From the NCBI GenBank assembly GCA_029100545.1, contig JAQXPH010000031.1, forward strand, positions 6,267 to 70,266: a stretch of DNA of 64,000 bases. Reading direction: 5' to 3'. The notes under the pieces are model-generated. The model did not search any database, was not told the origin of the DNA, and saw only the letters and a program-made list of their open reading frames with translations. This DNA is from a bacterium. Lineage in GTDB: Bacteria; Bacillota_I; Bacilli_A; RF39; UBA660. The translations under genes and the position numbers were made by a program. Of the stretch, positions 36,868 to 47,037 are shown one piece after another. The number at the start of each line of letters is the position of its first letter. The stretch's first letter is position 1.

Positions 36868-36959
36868 AAAGTGGGCCGAAAAATGTGATAATTAAGATAA
36901 AAAGTCCTCCTAAAAATGTGATAGTTTTGTAGTAAAGTGGTCAAAAAAATGTGATAATT
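36868..36959 (+). repeat. three direct repeats (~26 nt, AAAGTsssssnAAAAATGTGATArTT) spaced exactly 33 bp apart
   Basis: The units start at 36868, 36901 and 36934. Each contains an extended -10-like TGTGATAAT or TGTGATAGT. Confidence 0.75.
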
Positions 36960-37154
36960 TATATATAGGATGTTTTAATGAAAAAAATAGTTCTGTGTAT
37001 AGTATAAGATTATCTATCAAAAATTTTGGAATTATTAATGGTATTAAATCAATTCCATTATATGCTGTCTTTTGTATAAAATAATATTAAAATATTTCTT
37101 GTAAAAAAGTATTTAATATTATATAATATGATAGAAAAAAGAAAGGAAAATATT

Positions 37155-38402
37155 ATGGAAAAAAATGTACATGAAATAGAAATTAAATTAAATAATGAAT
37201 GGGAAAAATGCTTAGATGATGCATTTAAGAAAAAAGTTAAAGAAGTTAAAGTTGATGGTTTTAGAAAGGGTAGTTGTCCAAAAGATGTTTATATCAAAAA
37301 ATTTGGTATTGAATCACTTTATATGGATGCTGTTGATGAAGCGGTAAGTATTGGCTATAAAAAAGTTTTAGAAGATAACAAACTAAATCCAATTATTGAA
37401 CCTAAAGTTGATGTTAAAAATATTAATGAAAAAGAAATTACTTTTGCATTTACAATTATTACTAAACCAGAAATCACTTTAGGAGAATACAAAAATTTAG
37501 GAATTAAAAAAGAAAAAGCTAAAGTAACTAAAGAAGAAATTGAAAGTGAAATTAAAAAATTACAAGATCAAATGGCTGATTTAGTAGTTAAAGAAGAAGG
37601 CACTATTACAAATGGTGATACTGCTATTATTGATTTTAATGGTATTGTTGATGGAAAAGCCCTTGAAGGCGGTAGTGCAGAAAACTTCTCACTTGAAATT
37701 GGTTCAAAATCATTTATTCCAGGTTTTGAAGAAGGCCTAATAGGTCATAAAACCGGTGAAACAGTTACTTTAAATCTTAAATTTCCAAAAGATTATGTTG
37801 AAAATTTAAAAAATAAAGATGTTACTTTTGAAGTAAAAATTAATGAAGTTAAAGTAAGAGTGCTTCCTGAAATTAATGAAGATTTCTTTAAAGATTTAGG
37901 ATATGAAGATATTAAAACTAAAGAAGAACTTGAAGAAAAAATCAAAAAAGATTTAATAAGTGAAAAAGAAGCAAAAATTGCTGATGAACACTTAGATAAA
38001 TGTCTTGATAAAGCATGTGAGAACATGAAAGTTACAATAAATGATGAAATTGTTGATGATGAAATTCATAGAATGATTCATCAATATGAAGAGCAACTTA
38101 AAATGCAAGGATTAGATTTAAATAAATATTTTGAATTAACTGGTGATAATGAAGAAGGTCTTCATAATAAAATGCATGATGAAGCACTTAAGAGAGTTAA
38201 ATATCGTTTCTTAATTGAAGAAGTTGCTAAAAATGAAAATATTGATTTTACTAAAGAAGAAGTTGATGCTAAAGCTAAAGAAATGGCTGAAAATTATGGT
38301 ATAAGTGTTGATGAACTTATTAAAGCATATGGAACAATTGATATTGTTAAATATGATATGACAATGCATAAAGCATTAGAAATAATTAAAGAAAATAATT
38401 AG
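37155..38402 (+). CDS. tig: trigger factor
   Basis: A central FKBP-type PPIase region is present (GDTAIIDFNGIVDGKALEGGSAENFSLEIGSKSFIPGFEEGLIGHKTGE). The start was chosen after the GAAAGGA RBS; the ORF is open from 37128. Confidence 0.9.
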   Translation: MEKNVHEIEIKLNNEWEKCLDDAFKKKVKEVKVDGFRKGSCPKDVYIKKFGIESLYMDAVDEAVSIGYKKVLEDNKLNPIIEPKVDVKNINEKEITFAFTIITKPEITLGEYKNLGIKKEKAKVTKEEIESEIKKLQDQMADLVVKEEGTITNGDTAIIDFNGIVDGKALEGGSAENFSLEIGSKSFIPGFEEGLIGHKTGETVTLNLKFPKDYVENLKNKDVTFEVKINEVKVRVLPEINEDFFKDLGYEDIKTKEELEEKIKKDLISEKEAKIADEHLDKCLDKACENMKVTINDEIVDDEIHRMIHQYEEQLKMQGLDLNKYFELTGDNEEGLHNKMHDEALKRVKYRFLIEEVAKNENIDFTKEEVDAKAKEMAENYGISVDELIKAYGTIDIVKYDMTMHKALEIIKENN

Positions 38403-38451
38403 TTTAAAAGAAAACTTAGTTTTTCTTTTTTTATTGCATAATATATATTAG

Positions 38452-38703
38452 GTGATAAAATTGAAAATGGATAATAAATTTTGGGGAAAAGTAAAAAATA
38501 AAACAAAAGTTGATAAAGAAACAATAATTAGTCTTGCTAAAAAACTCCAAAATGGAAATATGAAAGATGAAACAACTATTAGAGAGGTAATTGATACACT
38601 TTCTAGCATAACAGGAAAAAGTGTAAGTGAAGAAAAAAAACAAAAAATAGTAGATAAAATAGTTAATGATAAAGTGCCTAATAATGTCGATAAAATGTTT
38701 TAA
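38452..38703 (+). CDS. small SpoVIF-like sporulation protein
   Basis: The 83-aa protein contains LAKKLQNGNMKDETTIREVIDTLSSITGKSVSEEKKQKIVDKIV, which resembles stage VI sporulation protein F as I recall it. Confidence 0.45.
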   Translation: MIKLKMDNKFWGKVKNKTKVDKETIISLAKKLQNGNMKDETTIREVIDTLSSITGKSVSEEKKQKIVDKIVNDKVPNNVDKMF

Positions 38704-39998
38704 TTATACTTTAAATATTTATTAATATAAAAATAGTTTAATGATACTACTACAATAATATTTATTATTTCTGAAATTAAAAGTGAATATATTCCAATTT
38801 TAAAAAATGATAAAAATGTTAGACAAATAAGTTTTATAACTGAGGCAAGTATTGTTATCTTTAACGTTATTTTTGCTTTACCAATCGCTTGCATAAATGA
38901 AGCAAATACACTTTCAAAATAAAAAAGTATAAAAACAGGTGCTAAATATTTTATATAATTTGTTCCTAATGTAGTTTTATATAAAAGCATTAATAATTCA
39001 TTTCTAAATATAAATATTATAAAACTAGATGTTAAACCAATTAAAAATGTAAAGATTAAAGCTTCTTTTAATCTTTTTTTTACGTAATAAATATTTCTAT
39101 TTTCAATATATTTTGATATTTCTGGAAGTAGGGCAAGTGATATAGCACTTATAAAAAAAGATGGTATAGTAAGTGTCGAAATAGCATAAGCATTATAAGC
39201 TCCATATTCAGTTAAAATAAAACTATTTGAATAACCTTTAAATAATAAAATATTTGTAAGAATTATTGGTTCAAAAAAATAACATATATTTCCGATTAAT
39301 TTACTTGTAACACTTGGAATTGATAAATTTAAAATATCTTTAGCACTATTTTTAGAAAAACTAAAATTAAACATATTTTTTAAGACATTTTTATTAATAC
39401 AAAAAGAAAAAGTTAAAATTGATGCAGCTTCAGTAAAAAGATATGTTAACATTAAACCAACTGCCGCATGAACATAAGATATTTTTATTAATTTTGAAAT
39501 TACTGTAAGTATTAATGTAAGTCTTATTAATTGTTCAATTGTATTTGAAAGAACATGTGGATAGTTTTTTTGAATACCATAAAAATAACCTTTGAAAATG
39601 CATGCTATAGAAGAAAATGGTAATGTTAAACTCATTGCTATAAGAAGGTAATATGCTTTAGGTTCTTTTAATAAAGTATTTGCTATAAAATGACTTACTA
39701 AAAACATTAATAAGATTAAAAAAATATTTAATATTATAATAATAATTAAAGCACTGCTAAGTGTTTTTTTATCATTTTTTTGAGCTATTAATTTAGCAAT
39801 TGTACTTGGCATAGCAAGATTAGATATTGTTAATAAAAGTGAATAAGTAGGCATTACAATTGAATATAGACTTATTGTAGTAGATCCAACTATTCTTGTA
39901 AAAATAACTTTAATTATTAAGCCTAATACTTTAGTAGATAATCCACTTAACATTAGAATAAATGTTGAAGTTAAAAATTTATTTTTAAATATTTTCAT
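38700..39998 (-). CDS. MOP-superfamily flippase, SpoVB/MurJ-like
   Basis: It has about 12-14 TM segments and an N-terminus typical of the polysaccharide-biosynthesis/SpoVB family. Its position upstream of comN-like and relA matches Bacillus synteny. Confidence 0.65.
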   Translation of the reverse strand: MKIFKNKFLTSTFILMLSGLSTKVLGLIIKVIFTRIVGSTTISLYSIVMPTYSLLLTISNLAMPSTIAKLIAQKNDKKTLSSALIIIIILNIFLILLMFLVSHFIANTLLKEPKAYYLLIAMSLTLPFSSIACIFKGYFYGIQKNYPHVLSNTIEQLIRLTLILTVISKLIKISYVHAAVGLMLTYLFTEAASILTFSFCINKNVLKNMFNFSFSKNSAKDILNLSIPSVTSKLIGNICYFFEPIILTNILLFKGYSNSFILTEYGAYNAYAISTLTIPSFFISAISLALLPEISKYIENRNIYYVKKRLKEALIFTFLIGLTSSFIIFIFRNELLMLLYKTTLGTNYIKYLAPVFILFYFESVFASFMQAIGKAKITLKITILASVIKLICLTFLSFFKIGIYSLLISEIINIIVVVSLNYFYINKYLKYN

Positions 39999-40090
39999 TA
40001 TATTAAAGTTTATTACTTTAACTTTAATTATTTTACATCTAATTTAACTCGTGGTAAAATATTTATATAAAGGAAATAAAGTGAAGTATT

Positions 40091-40345
40091 ATGGAAGAAT
40101 TTAAATTTAACTCATTAAATGAATTATTTAATAGATTATATCCAGCTTTTAATACCAAAGTAAATGAACTAAAAAATGATAATATTATTGTTAGTGAAAT
40201 AATGCTTTGGAATTTTTTAAAAGAAAATAATTGGTTTGGTAATACAACACTTACTTTATATGATATGGTAGAAGATATTTTTTCTTTAGACAAAGAAAAA
40301 CTTATTAAATATCTTGAGAGGAATAAAAATGATAACAATAAATAA
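40091..40345 (+). CDS. ComN-like post-transcriptional regulator
   Basis: The 84-aa protein sits between the spoVB-like gene and relA, as in Bacillus. It contains the motif W.FL...W. Confidence 0.45.
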   Translation: MEEFKFNSLNELFNRLYPAFNTKVNELKNDNIIVSEIMLWNFLKENNWFGNTTLTLYDMVEDIFSLDKEKLIKYLERNKNDNNK

Positions 40346-42422
40346 TATAATTAATAATATTAAAAATCCTGATGATATACCTAAAATAAAAGATGCATAT
40401 GAATATGCTGAAAAACATTTAAATGGTATTACTCGTAAAAATAAAGATAGTGAAATTAATCATGTTTTAGAGGTTACTAATATTTTAATGGAATTAAATG
40501 TTGATACTCTAACAATTATTTGTGCATTATTACATAGTATTTTAGATTTTGGAGAAGTTAATGAAGATGAAATAATTAATAAATTTGGTGAAAAAACTTA
40601 TAAAATTATTTTATCATTATCAAAAATTAATCATTTAGAAATGGTAGATGACTCTGAAAGTGCAGCACTATATTTAAGAAAAGTAATGGTTGGTTTATGT
40701 GAAGATGTAAGGGTTCTTTTTATTAAACTTGCCGATCGATTACATAATATGAAAACATTTGATGCTTTAAGTAAAGAAAGACAAAAAATAGTTGCTAATG
40801 AAACTTTATCAGTACTTGTTCCAATAGCTCATCGTCTTGGTATTAATTCAATTAAAAGTGAACTTGAAAATTTATGTTTATATTATTTAAAGCCAAATGT
40901 TTATAATGATATATTAGAAAAATTAAATGATACAGTAGAAAAATTAAATGATTATTTAATTGAAATGCAAAATAGTATTTGTGATTTATTAAATGAAAAT
41001 GAAGTAAAATTTGAAATAAAAGGAAGAGTTAAAAGTGTATATAGTATATATAATAAACTTAGTGCTGGTAAAAAATGGGATGATATATATGATATTTTAG
41101 CTCTAAGAATTTTTGTAGATAAAGAAAGTGATTGTTATGCAGTTGTTGGCTTAATCCACTCAAAATTTAAACCAATACCTTCAAGATTTAAAGATTACAT
41201 TGCTGTTCCAAAAGAAAATATGTATCAAAGTCTTCATACAACAGTTTTTGGCCCTGGTGGAAGAAAATATGAAATTCAAATTAGGACTTATGAAATGGAT
41301 GAAATAGCAGAAAAAGGTATTGCATCACATTGGTCATACAAAGAAAAAGGTACTAAAAAAATACAAAATTATATGGAACAAAAACTTGAAGTATATCGAA
41401 GTATTATTGAAAATAATGAAGAAAGTGATGACGAAGCATTTAACAATATAATTAATAATGATATATTAGGCAATTTAATGTATGTTTTTACTCCTAAAGG
41501 GGATGTTATAGAACTTCCTGAAAATGCTACACCAATTGATTTTGCTTATAAAGTTCATTCTAAAGTAGGAGATACTATGACTGGAGCTATAGTAAATGAT
41601 GTAATGGTTCCAATAACAAGTACTTTACATGATGGAGATATTGTTAAAGTACTTACTAATCCAAATTCAACTCCAAGTAAAGAATGGTTAAATATTGTTA
41701 AAACTGTCCAAGCAAAAGATAAAATAAAAGCATATTTTTCTAAAAATACTAAAAATGAATATATTGAAAGAGGCAAAACTATTTTAGAAAAAGAACTTCG
41801 TAAAAAGAAAATATCTATAAATGAAGTACTTTCTAAAGATAATTTAAATATTATTTTAAAAGAACTTAAAATTAAAGATATTGATGAACTTTATCTTTCT
41901 ATTGGATCATATAAATATACTGTTACTCATATATTAAATGTTTTATATCCAAAAGAAGAAAAAGTAAATGAAATTTCTTTGAAGAAAGAAAATATAAATA
42001 GTAAAAGTGATATTTTAATTGACGGTAAAGTTTCAATACTAACTCATCTTGCTAAATGTTGTAATCCAGTAAAAGGTGATGATATTATTGGAATTATAAC
42101 AAAAAATGATGGAATATCAATTCATCGCAATAATTGCTCTAACATTATTAATAACGATGAAAAAATGGTTAATGCATCTTGGATAAATGAAGTAAATAAT
42201 GAATACTTAGCATCTATTTTAATTACATTATCCACAGATAAAAATAAATTATCTGATATAATAAGTAAAGTAAGTATACCTAAAGTACAGATTTCTTCAA
42301 TAGAAAATGTTGATAATTTAAATTATAAAGTAACTATTAAAGTTATTAATAAAAGTCAAATTGATTTAGTACTTAAAAATGTTAATAAATTAAGATATGT
42401 AAAGGATGTTAAAAGAATATGA
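40329..42422 (+). CDS. relA: bifunctional (p)ppGpp synthetase/hydrolase (RSH family)
   Basis: It has an HD hydrolase domain (HVLEVTNIL...LHSILD) and a synthetase domain (RVKSVYSIYNKL, YQSLHTTV). TGS and ACT regions follow. The start was chosen after the GAGAGGA RBS. Confidence 0.92.
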   Translation: MITINNIINNIKNPDDIPKIKDAYEYAEKHLNGITRKNKDSEINHVLEVTNILMELNVDTLTIICALLHSILDFGEVNEDEIINKFGEKTYKIILSLSKINHLEMVDDSESAALYLRKVMVGLCEDVRVLFIKLADRLHNMKTFDALSKERQKIVANETLSVLVPIAHRLGINSIKSELENLCLYYLKPNVYNDILEKLNDTVEKLNDYLIEMQNSICDLLNENEVKFEIKGRVKSVYSIYNKLSAGKKWDDIYDILALRIFVDKESDCYAVVGLIHSKFKPIPSRFKDYIAVPKENMYQSLHTTVFGPGGRKYEIQIRTYEMDEIAEKGIASHWSYKEKGTKKIQNYMEQKLEVYRSIIENNEESDDEAFNNIINNDILGNLMYVFTPKGDVIELPENATPIDFAYKVHSKVGDTMTGAIVNDVMVPITSTLHDGDIVKVLTNPNSTPSKEWLNIVKTVQAKDKIKAYFSKNTKNEYIERGKTILEKELRKKKISINEVLSKDNLNIILKELKIKDIDELYLSIGSYKYTVTHILNVLYPKEEKVNEISLKKENINSKSDILIDGKVSILTHLAKCCNPVKGDDIIGIITKNDGISIHRNNCSNIINNDEKMVNASWINEVNNEYLASILITLSTDKNKLSDIISKVSIPKVQISSIENVDNLNYKVTIKVINKSQIDLVLKNVNKLRYVKDVKRI

Positions 42423-42862
42423 AAGTAGTAGTGCAAAGAAGTAATAATAGTAGTGTTTCAGTTAATAATGAAATAGTTAATAAAATTGATTTTGGCTTAG
42501 TTGTTTTAGTTGGAATTACTGAAAATGATACAGATGAAGATATAGATTATTTAGTTAAAAAAATTGTAAATTTGCGTATTTTTGATGATGAAAATGGGGT
42601 AATGAATAAAAGTATAATTGATAAAAATGGTAGTATTTTACTTATTAGTCAATTTACTTTAATGGCTGATACTTCTAAAGGGAATAGACCAAGTTATATA
42701 AATGCCTTAAATGGAAAAGATGCTAAGCCTATTTATGAAAGAATGCTTGCGAAATTAAATAATTTTGTTCCAACTTTTCCAGGTATATTTGGTGCTGAAA
42801 TGCTCGTTAATATAAATAATGATGGTCCTATAACAATTATAATTGATAGTAAAAATAAATAG
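42419..42862 (+). CDS. dtd: D-aminoacyl-tRNA deacylase
   Basis: Motifs MKVVVQR, SQFTL and GPITIIIDS are present. The gene lies immediately downstream of relA. Confidence 0.9.
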   Translation: MKVVVQRSNNSSVSVNNEIVNKIDFGLVVLVGITENDTDEDIDYLVKKIVNLRIFDDENGVMNKSIIDKNGSILLISQFTLMADTSKGNRPSYINALNGKDAKPIYERMLAKLNNFVPTFPGIFGAEMLVNINNDGPITIIIDSKNK

Positions 42863-42910
42863 TCATAAAATAAAATCATCTTCATATACTTTTGTAGGAG
42901 ATGATTTTTT

Positions 42911-43540
42911 ATGAATTTAATAATACCTTTTGAAAAGAAAGTTAAATTTGACACACCTATAAGTGAAATATGTAGTATATCACTTGAACATGAAATAACA
43001 AAAAATGATAGTGAAATTTTAGGTAATTTTTTAATAACTGGTACTTATAAAGAACATGAATTAAGTGTAAATAAAACAGATTTTAATTTTACTCTTCCTT
43101 TTTCAGTAGAACTAACTACTAGAGTAGATTTATCCTCACTTGATATGTCTATTGATAATTTTACATATGATTTAAATGGAAGTGATTTAGATATTAAAAT
43201 AGATTATGTAATTGAAGCACAAGAATTAAAAGAAGAACCTATTTTTGAAAGAGTAGAGGAAGAAAGTGAACCAATTACTTTAATCGAAGAAAAAGAAGAA
43301 ATAACAAATAATGTAGTTAATGATAATGAAGAAAGAGAAATAAAAAGTGAAACAATTATTAATAGTGTAAAAGCTGAAGATGACTATATTTCATATCATA
43401 TTCATATTGTTTCAAGTGGCGAATCATTAGAAAGTATTGCTTTAAAATATCATATTACAAAAGAAGAAATAGAAAATATTAATAATATTACCTCTATTAC
43501 TGAAAATGATAAATTACTTATTCCTTTAGAAAATGAATAG
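42911..43540 (+). CDS. SpoVID-like spore morphogenetic protein (SPOCS-like N-terminus, C-terminal LysM)
   Basis: The N-terminus SEICSISLEHEI...LGNFLITGTYK parallels SpoVID. An acidic linker follows, and the C-terminal LysM reads YHIHIVSSGESLESIALKYHITKEEIENIN. Confidence 0.55.
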   Translation: MNLIIPFEKKVKFDTPISEICSISLEHEITKNDSEILGNFLITGTYKEHELSVNKTDFNFTLPFSVELTTRVDLSSLDMSIDNFTYDLNGSDLDIKIDYVIEAQELKEEPIFERVEEESEPITLIEEKEEITNNVVNDNEEREIKSETIINSVKAEDDYISYHIHIVSSGESLESIALKYHITKEEIENINNITSITENDKLLIPLENE

Positions 43541-44426
43541 TTTAGCATATATAAAAAGTGTATATAAACCATTTAGAATTACCAAAAATAAAAATGTTAC
43601 AATAGTTGAATCAACGGAAGGTAAATTTGTTTTAAAAAAGGAAAATAAAGATTTATATACACTTTTTAATTATTTAGAAAAAAGAGGTTTTACATCCTTT
43701 CCTAAACTTGTTAAAAATTTTCGTGATGAAGATAATCTATTTGAATATGTAAATGAAGATGTAATATTTAATGAACAAAAACTAATGGATTTATCAGATG
43801 TATTAAGTAGTTTACATAATAAAACAGTTTATTTTAAAGAAACAAATATTGATAGTTTTAAAGAAATATATGAAAATATTGATAATAACATTAAATATCT
43901 AAGTAACTATTATAATACTATTTTTTTAAAAAATTTAAATGAAGAATATCAAAGTCCAAGTAATTATTTATATTCAAGAAATTATTTTAAGCTTCGGGAA
44001 GCATTAAACTTTTGTAAAAATGAACTTGATAATTGGTATTCTTTAGTAAGTGAAAAAGAAAAAGTAAGAGTAAGTGTTGTTCATAATAATTTAGCTATGG
44101 ATCATTTTATTGAAAATAGAGATAATTCTGTTTTAGTTAGTTGGGATAATTATAAAATAGATACACCAGTACTAGACTTTGTAAATTTATATCATAATGA
44201 ATATTTAAATTATGATTTTTCTTCCTTTTTAGAAAATTATTTAAATACTTTTGAACTTCTTGAAGAAGAAAAAAAATTATTATTCATTTTAATAAGTTTA
44301 CCTAAATTTGATATTATTGAAGGAACTGAATTTGAAAAAACAAAAAAAATTCATGAAAATATTTTATACTTATATAAAACAGAAAAATTAATCAGACCAT
44401 ATTATATGGATAATGACAACAACTAA
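43533..44426 (+). CDS. CotS/YsxE-like spore coat protein (kinase-like fold)
   Basis: It lies directly after the spoVID-like gene, as ysxE does in Bacillus. The motif VVHNNLAMDHF resembles the phosphotransferase catalytic loop. Confidence 0.45.
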   Translation: MNSLAYIKSVYKPFRITKNKNVTIVESTEGKFVLKKENKDLYTLFNYLEKRGFTSFPKLVKNFRDEDNLFEYVNEDVIFNEQKLMDLSDVLSSLHNKTVYFKETNIDSFKEIYENIDNNIKYLSNYYNTIFLKNLNEEYQSPSNYLYSRNYFKLREALNFCKNELDNWYSLVSEKEKVRVSVVHNNLAMDHFIENRDNSVLVSWDNYKIDTPVLDFVNLYHNEYLNYDFSSFLENYLNTFELLEEEKKLLFILISLPKFDIIEGTEFEKTKKIHENILYLYKTEKLIRPYYMDNDNN

Positions 44427-44639
44427 AAGTAAAAGAAGCATACCTAATATAAATAAATTAGTTTTAAATGGCATAATAATAACAAGTGATATTTGATAAA
44501 GTATTAATATACCAAAAATAAATAATATTATATATAAAAAAATATTATTAAAAAAATCTTTCATACTATAATATATACATTAATTATGTAAATTGACATT
44601 TTTTTATAACTTTGCTATACTTTTTATAGTAGGTGAGGT

Positions 44640-45488
44640 ATGAATAATAAGGGTTTTGTATTTATTGAAACAATTATTGTTACAGTTGTTTTAACTACAA
44701 CTCTTATTTTTTTGTATTCAAATTTTAATAAAAACTTAAATAATGAAAAAAAAAGACTATATTATGATGATATAGCTTATGTATATAAAACTATTTATAT
44801 AAGAGATGCTTTATTAAAAAGTATTGATGAAAGTATATTTAATATGGCTATAAATGATAGTAATACCTTTAATGGAAATAGTCTTAAAAATAATTTTGTT
44901 TATTTATTTAATAATGAATCTAAATTTTGTGTAAATTATAAAGATATAAATAATTCTTTAGATTGTAATAGTTCAAATGATTATAAATCAATTTATAAAG
45001 ATAATACATTATTAAAAGATTTAAATGACTTATATAATTATAATATGCTTTTTTATATTGAAACAAAAGATATAAGTAATATAAAAAAATGTATAAATGG
45101 TACTATTGATTCAAGTTTACAAACTAAATGTGATAATTATAAATTATATACAAGTAAATACTCTGATAGTAACCTTGACGAGTTTATGAAAACATTAGAT
45201 AGTGAAGATGCTAATTCCAATAGCATATTGATTGCACTTTATTATGAAAAGAAAGATGGCTCAAAACTTGACACTTTAGTTAAAGGGGGATATAATGCTT
45301 GTCTTAAATCAAATATAATGGATGATTTTAGTATTAATAGTATTTATTGTCCTAAATGTGTAGATGAAGGAATAAGAGATTATGAAACATTAAAAAAAAT
45401 ATATGATAATCAAGATAAAATAAGTTACAATATGAAATGTGAAAATGCTTATTATTTATCTTGGGTATATTATGAGGATGTATTATGA
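44640..45488 (+). CDS. prepilin-type N-terminal cleavage/methylation domain protein (pseudopilin)
   Basis: The N-terminus is MNNKG|FVFIETIIVTVVL, with Gly at -1, Glu at +5 and a hydrophobic helix. A strong AGGTGAGG RBS precedes it. Confidence 0.75.
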   Translation: MNNKGFVFIETIIVTVVLTTTLIFLYSNFNKNLNNEKKRLYYDDIAYVYKTIYIRDALLKSIDESIFNMAINDSNTFNGNSLKNNFVYLFNNESKFCVNYKDINNSLDCNSSNDYKSIYKDNTLLKDLNDLYNYNMLFYIETKDISNIKKCINGTIDSSLQTKCDNYKLYTSKYSDSNLDEFMKTLDSEDANSNSILIALYYEKKDGSKLDTLVKGGYNACLKSNIMDDFSINSIYCPKCVDEGIRDYETLKKIYDNQDKISYNMKCENAYYLSWVYYEDVL

Positions 45489-46534
45489 TTAATAGATTAA
45501 ATAAAAAAGGTGTTATTTCAATATCTGTTATATATTCATTTTTCTTAGTTTTTTGTTTGCTATTAGTTTTAATTTTAACAACTTATACAAATAATAGAAT
45601 TAATTTTAAAATGCTTAAAAATGATATTAAGAAAAAATATATTAGTAGTGAAGAAATAACTACATCTTTAATTGGAAGTAAAATTGATACTACTTTAATG
45701 CCTTATACTGACGATGATATGGGAACAACATATTATTATAATGGCCGAGTTGATAACAATTATATTAAATTTGGTGATAATATGTTATGGCGTATTATAA
45801 GAGTTAATGGTGATGGTTCTATTAGATTAATATATGAAGGTACAATTGGTAATAGTTCTTATAATTCTTCTTCAAATGATGCAATTTATGTTGGTTATAA
45901 ATATAGCCTTTATAATAATCATGGTTTAGGAAATAATAGTACAATTAAAGATTATTTAGATACTTGGTATAATAATAATTTAAGTGAAACTAAATATGAA
46001 AATTATATTGTAGGATCAATTTTTTGTACAAATCGTAATGCATTTAGTGATCCTAATAATCATAATATAACTAATAATGCTGATGGTTATGGAACAAGTA
46101 CCCAATACTTTGAAAATTATAATAAAACTGTATCTAACTTAGAATGTAGTAATTCAGATGACAAATTTTATATAAATTCTTCTTATAATTCAAATGGAAT
46201 ACTTGATTATCCAATAGGTTTACTTTCATATGAAGAAGCAGTTTTAATGGGATTAAATAAAATAACTAATAATCCAAATAGTTTTTTAACTAATGAAAGT
46301 GATTATTGGACTTTAACACCAAGTCATTATAATGATGGTGCTTATAATTATTATATCAGTTCAAATGGAATACTATCTAATAATAGAAAGGTTTCTGATT
46401 CTATTGCAGTAAGACCAGTTATTTCTATTTCTGCGAACACACCTGTTATTGGAGTAGGAACTAAAAAAAATCCATATACTTTTTCATTAGGTGGAAGAAA
46501 ATTTAATAATATATGTTCAGGTGGTGCTATATGA
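45485..46534 (+). CDS. pilin-operon member carrying the DGR-target-family globular domain (non-diversified)
   Basis: Its start overlaps the upstream pseudopilin gene. The N-terminus is a degenerate pilin-like segment (NKKG|VISIS...). Family motifs are GTTYYYNGRVDNNYIKFGDNMLWRIIRVNGDGSIRLIY, PIGLLSYEEAVLMG, DYWTLTP and AVRPVISI...GVGTKKNPYTF. Confidence 0.75.
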   Translation: MINRLNKKGVISISVIYSFFLVFCLLLVLILTTYTNNRINFKMLKNDIKKKYISSEEITTSLIGSKIDTTLMPYTDDDMGTTYYYNGRVDNNYIKFGDNMLWRIIRVNGDGSIRLIYEGTIGNSSYNSSSNDAIYVGYKYSLYNNHGLGNNSTIKDYLDTWYNNNLSETKYENYIVGSIFCTNRNAFSDPNNHNITNNADGYGTSTQYFENYNKTVSNLECSNSDDKFYINSSYNSNGILDYPIGLLSYEEAVLMGLNKITNNPNSFLTNESDYWTLTPSHYNDGAYNYYISSNGILSNNRKVSDSIAVRPVISISANTPVIGVGTKKNPYTFSLGGRKFNNICSGGAI

Positions 46535-47037
46535 AACTAAATAATAAAGGTATATCTATTATAGAACTAATTATAAGTATTTCGTTAATAAGTGTTGTAA
46601 TGCTATTTTTATATAATTTACTATCTAATGTAACTTTTGAAAAAGATGATGATTATTTTGCTTCATTAAATCAAGCAAATAGAATTGAAATAATTAGTAA
46701 TATTGAAGATACTTTAATGTGTTATTCAATTAATAGTTATGAAATAAAAGGTGATAATGAATTAAAACTTAAGTATGCAGATAATGAATCATTTATTGTA
46801 AATATAGATCGAACTAATAATAAAGTTTCTTTTAATAAAGGAACGACTACTATAGGAAAATGGACTATAAAAAATGCAAGTATTGGTGAAATAACATGTA
46901 ATGATGTAGGCGATGGAATAGTAACTACAAAGTATACTCAATGTACTATTCCAATTTATACTACAAATATTAACGATATAGAAAATAATAATAACACTAT
47001 TGATGATATAACTTTTACTTTTAAAAAAGAAGTATAA
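46531..47037 (+). CDS. prepilin-type N-terminal cleavage/methylation domain protein (pseudopilin)
   Basis: The ATGA start overlaps the upstream gene. The N-terminus is MKLNNKG|ISIIELIISISL, with Glu at +5. Confidence 0.75.
   Translation: MKLNNKGISIIELIISISLISVVMLFLYNLLSNVTFEKDDDYFASLNQANRIEIISNIEDTLMCYSINSYEIKGDNELKLKYADNESFIVNIDRTNNKVSFNKGTTTIGKWTIKNASIGEITCNDVGDGIVTTKYTQCTIPIYTTNINDIENNNNTIDDITFTFKKEV

Noticed and set aside
29615-36872. Possible att-like direct repeats, T6-8 A7-8 GT (29615-29632 and 36858-36872), flanking the ~7-kb block that ends with the recombinase
   Set aside because: The repeat is a low-complexity T-run/A-run palindrome with a length difference between the copies. 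Such strings are expected by chance in ~25% GC DNA. It cannot be taken as evidence of an integrated element without comparative data.
36868-36959. CRISPR array
   Set aside because: There are only three units with a 33-bp period. The repeats themselves are partly variable, there are no spacer-like unique segments of normal length, and no cas genes are nearby.
44388-44564. 58-aa two-TM minus-strand ORF (MKDFFNNIFLYIILF...) between the cotS-like gene and the pseudopilin operon
   Set aside because: It has no recognisable RBS and overlaps the 3' end of the convergent gene by ~39 nt. Phe/Ile/Leu-rich ORFs are expected by chance in this composition. It remains only a weak possibility.
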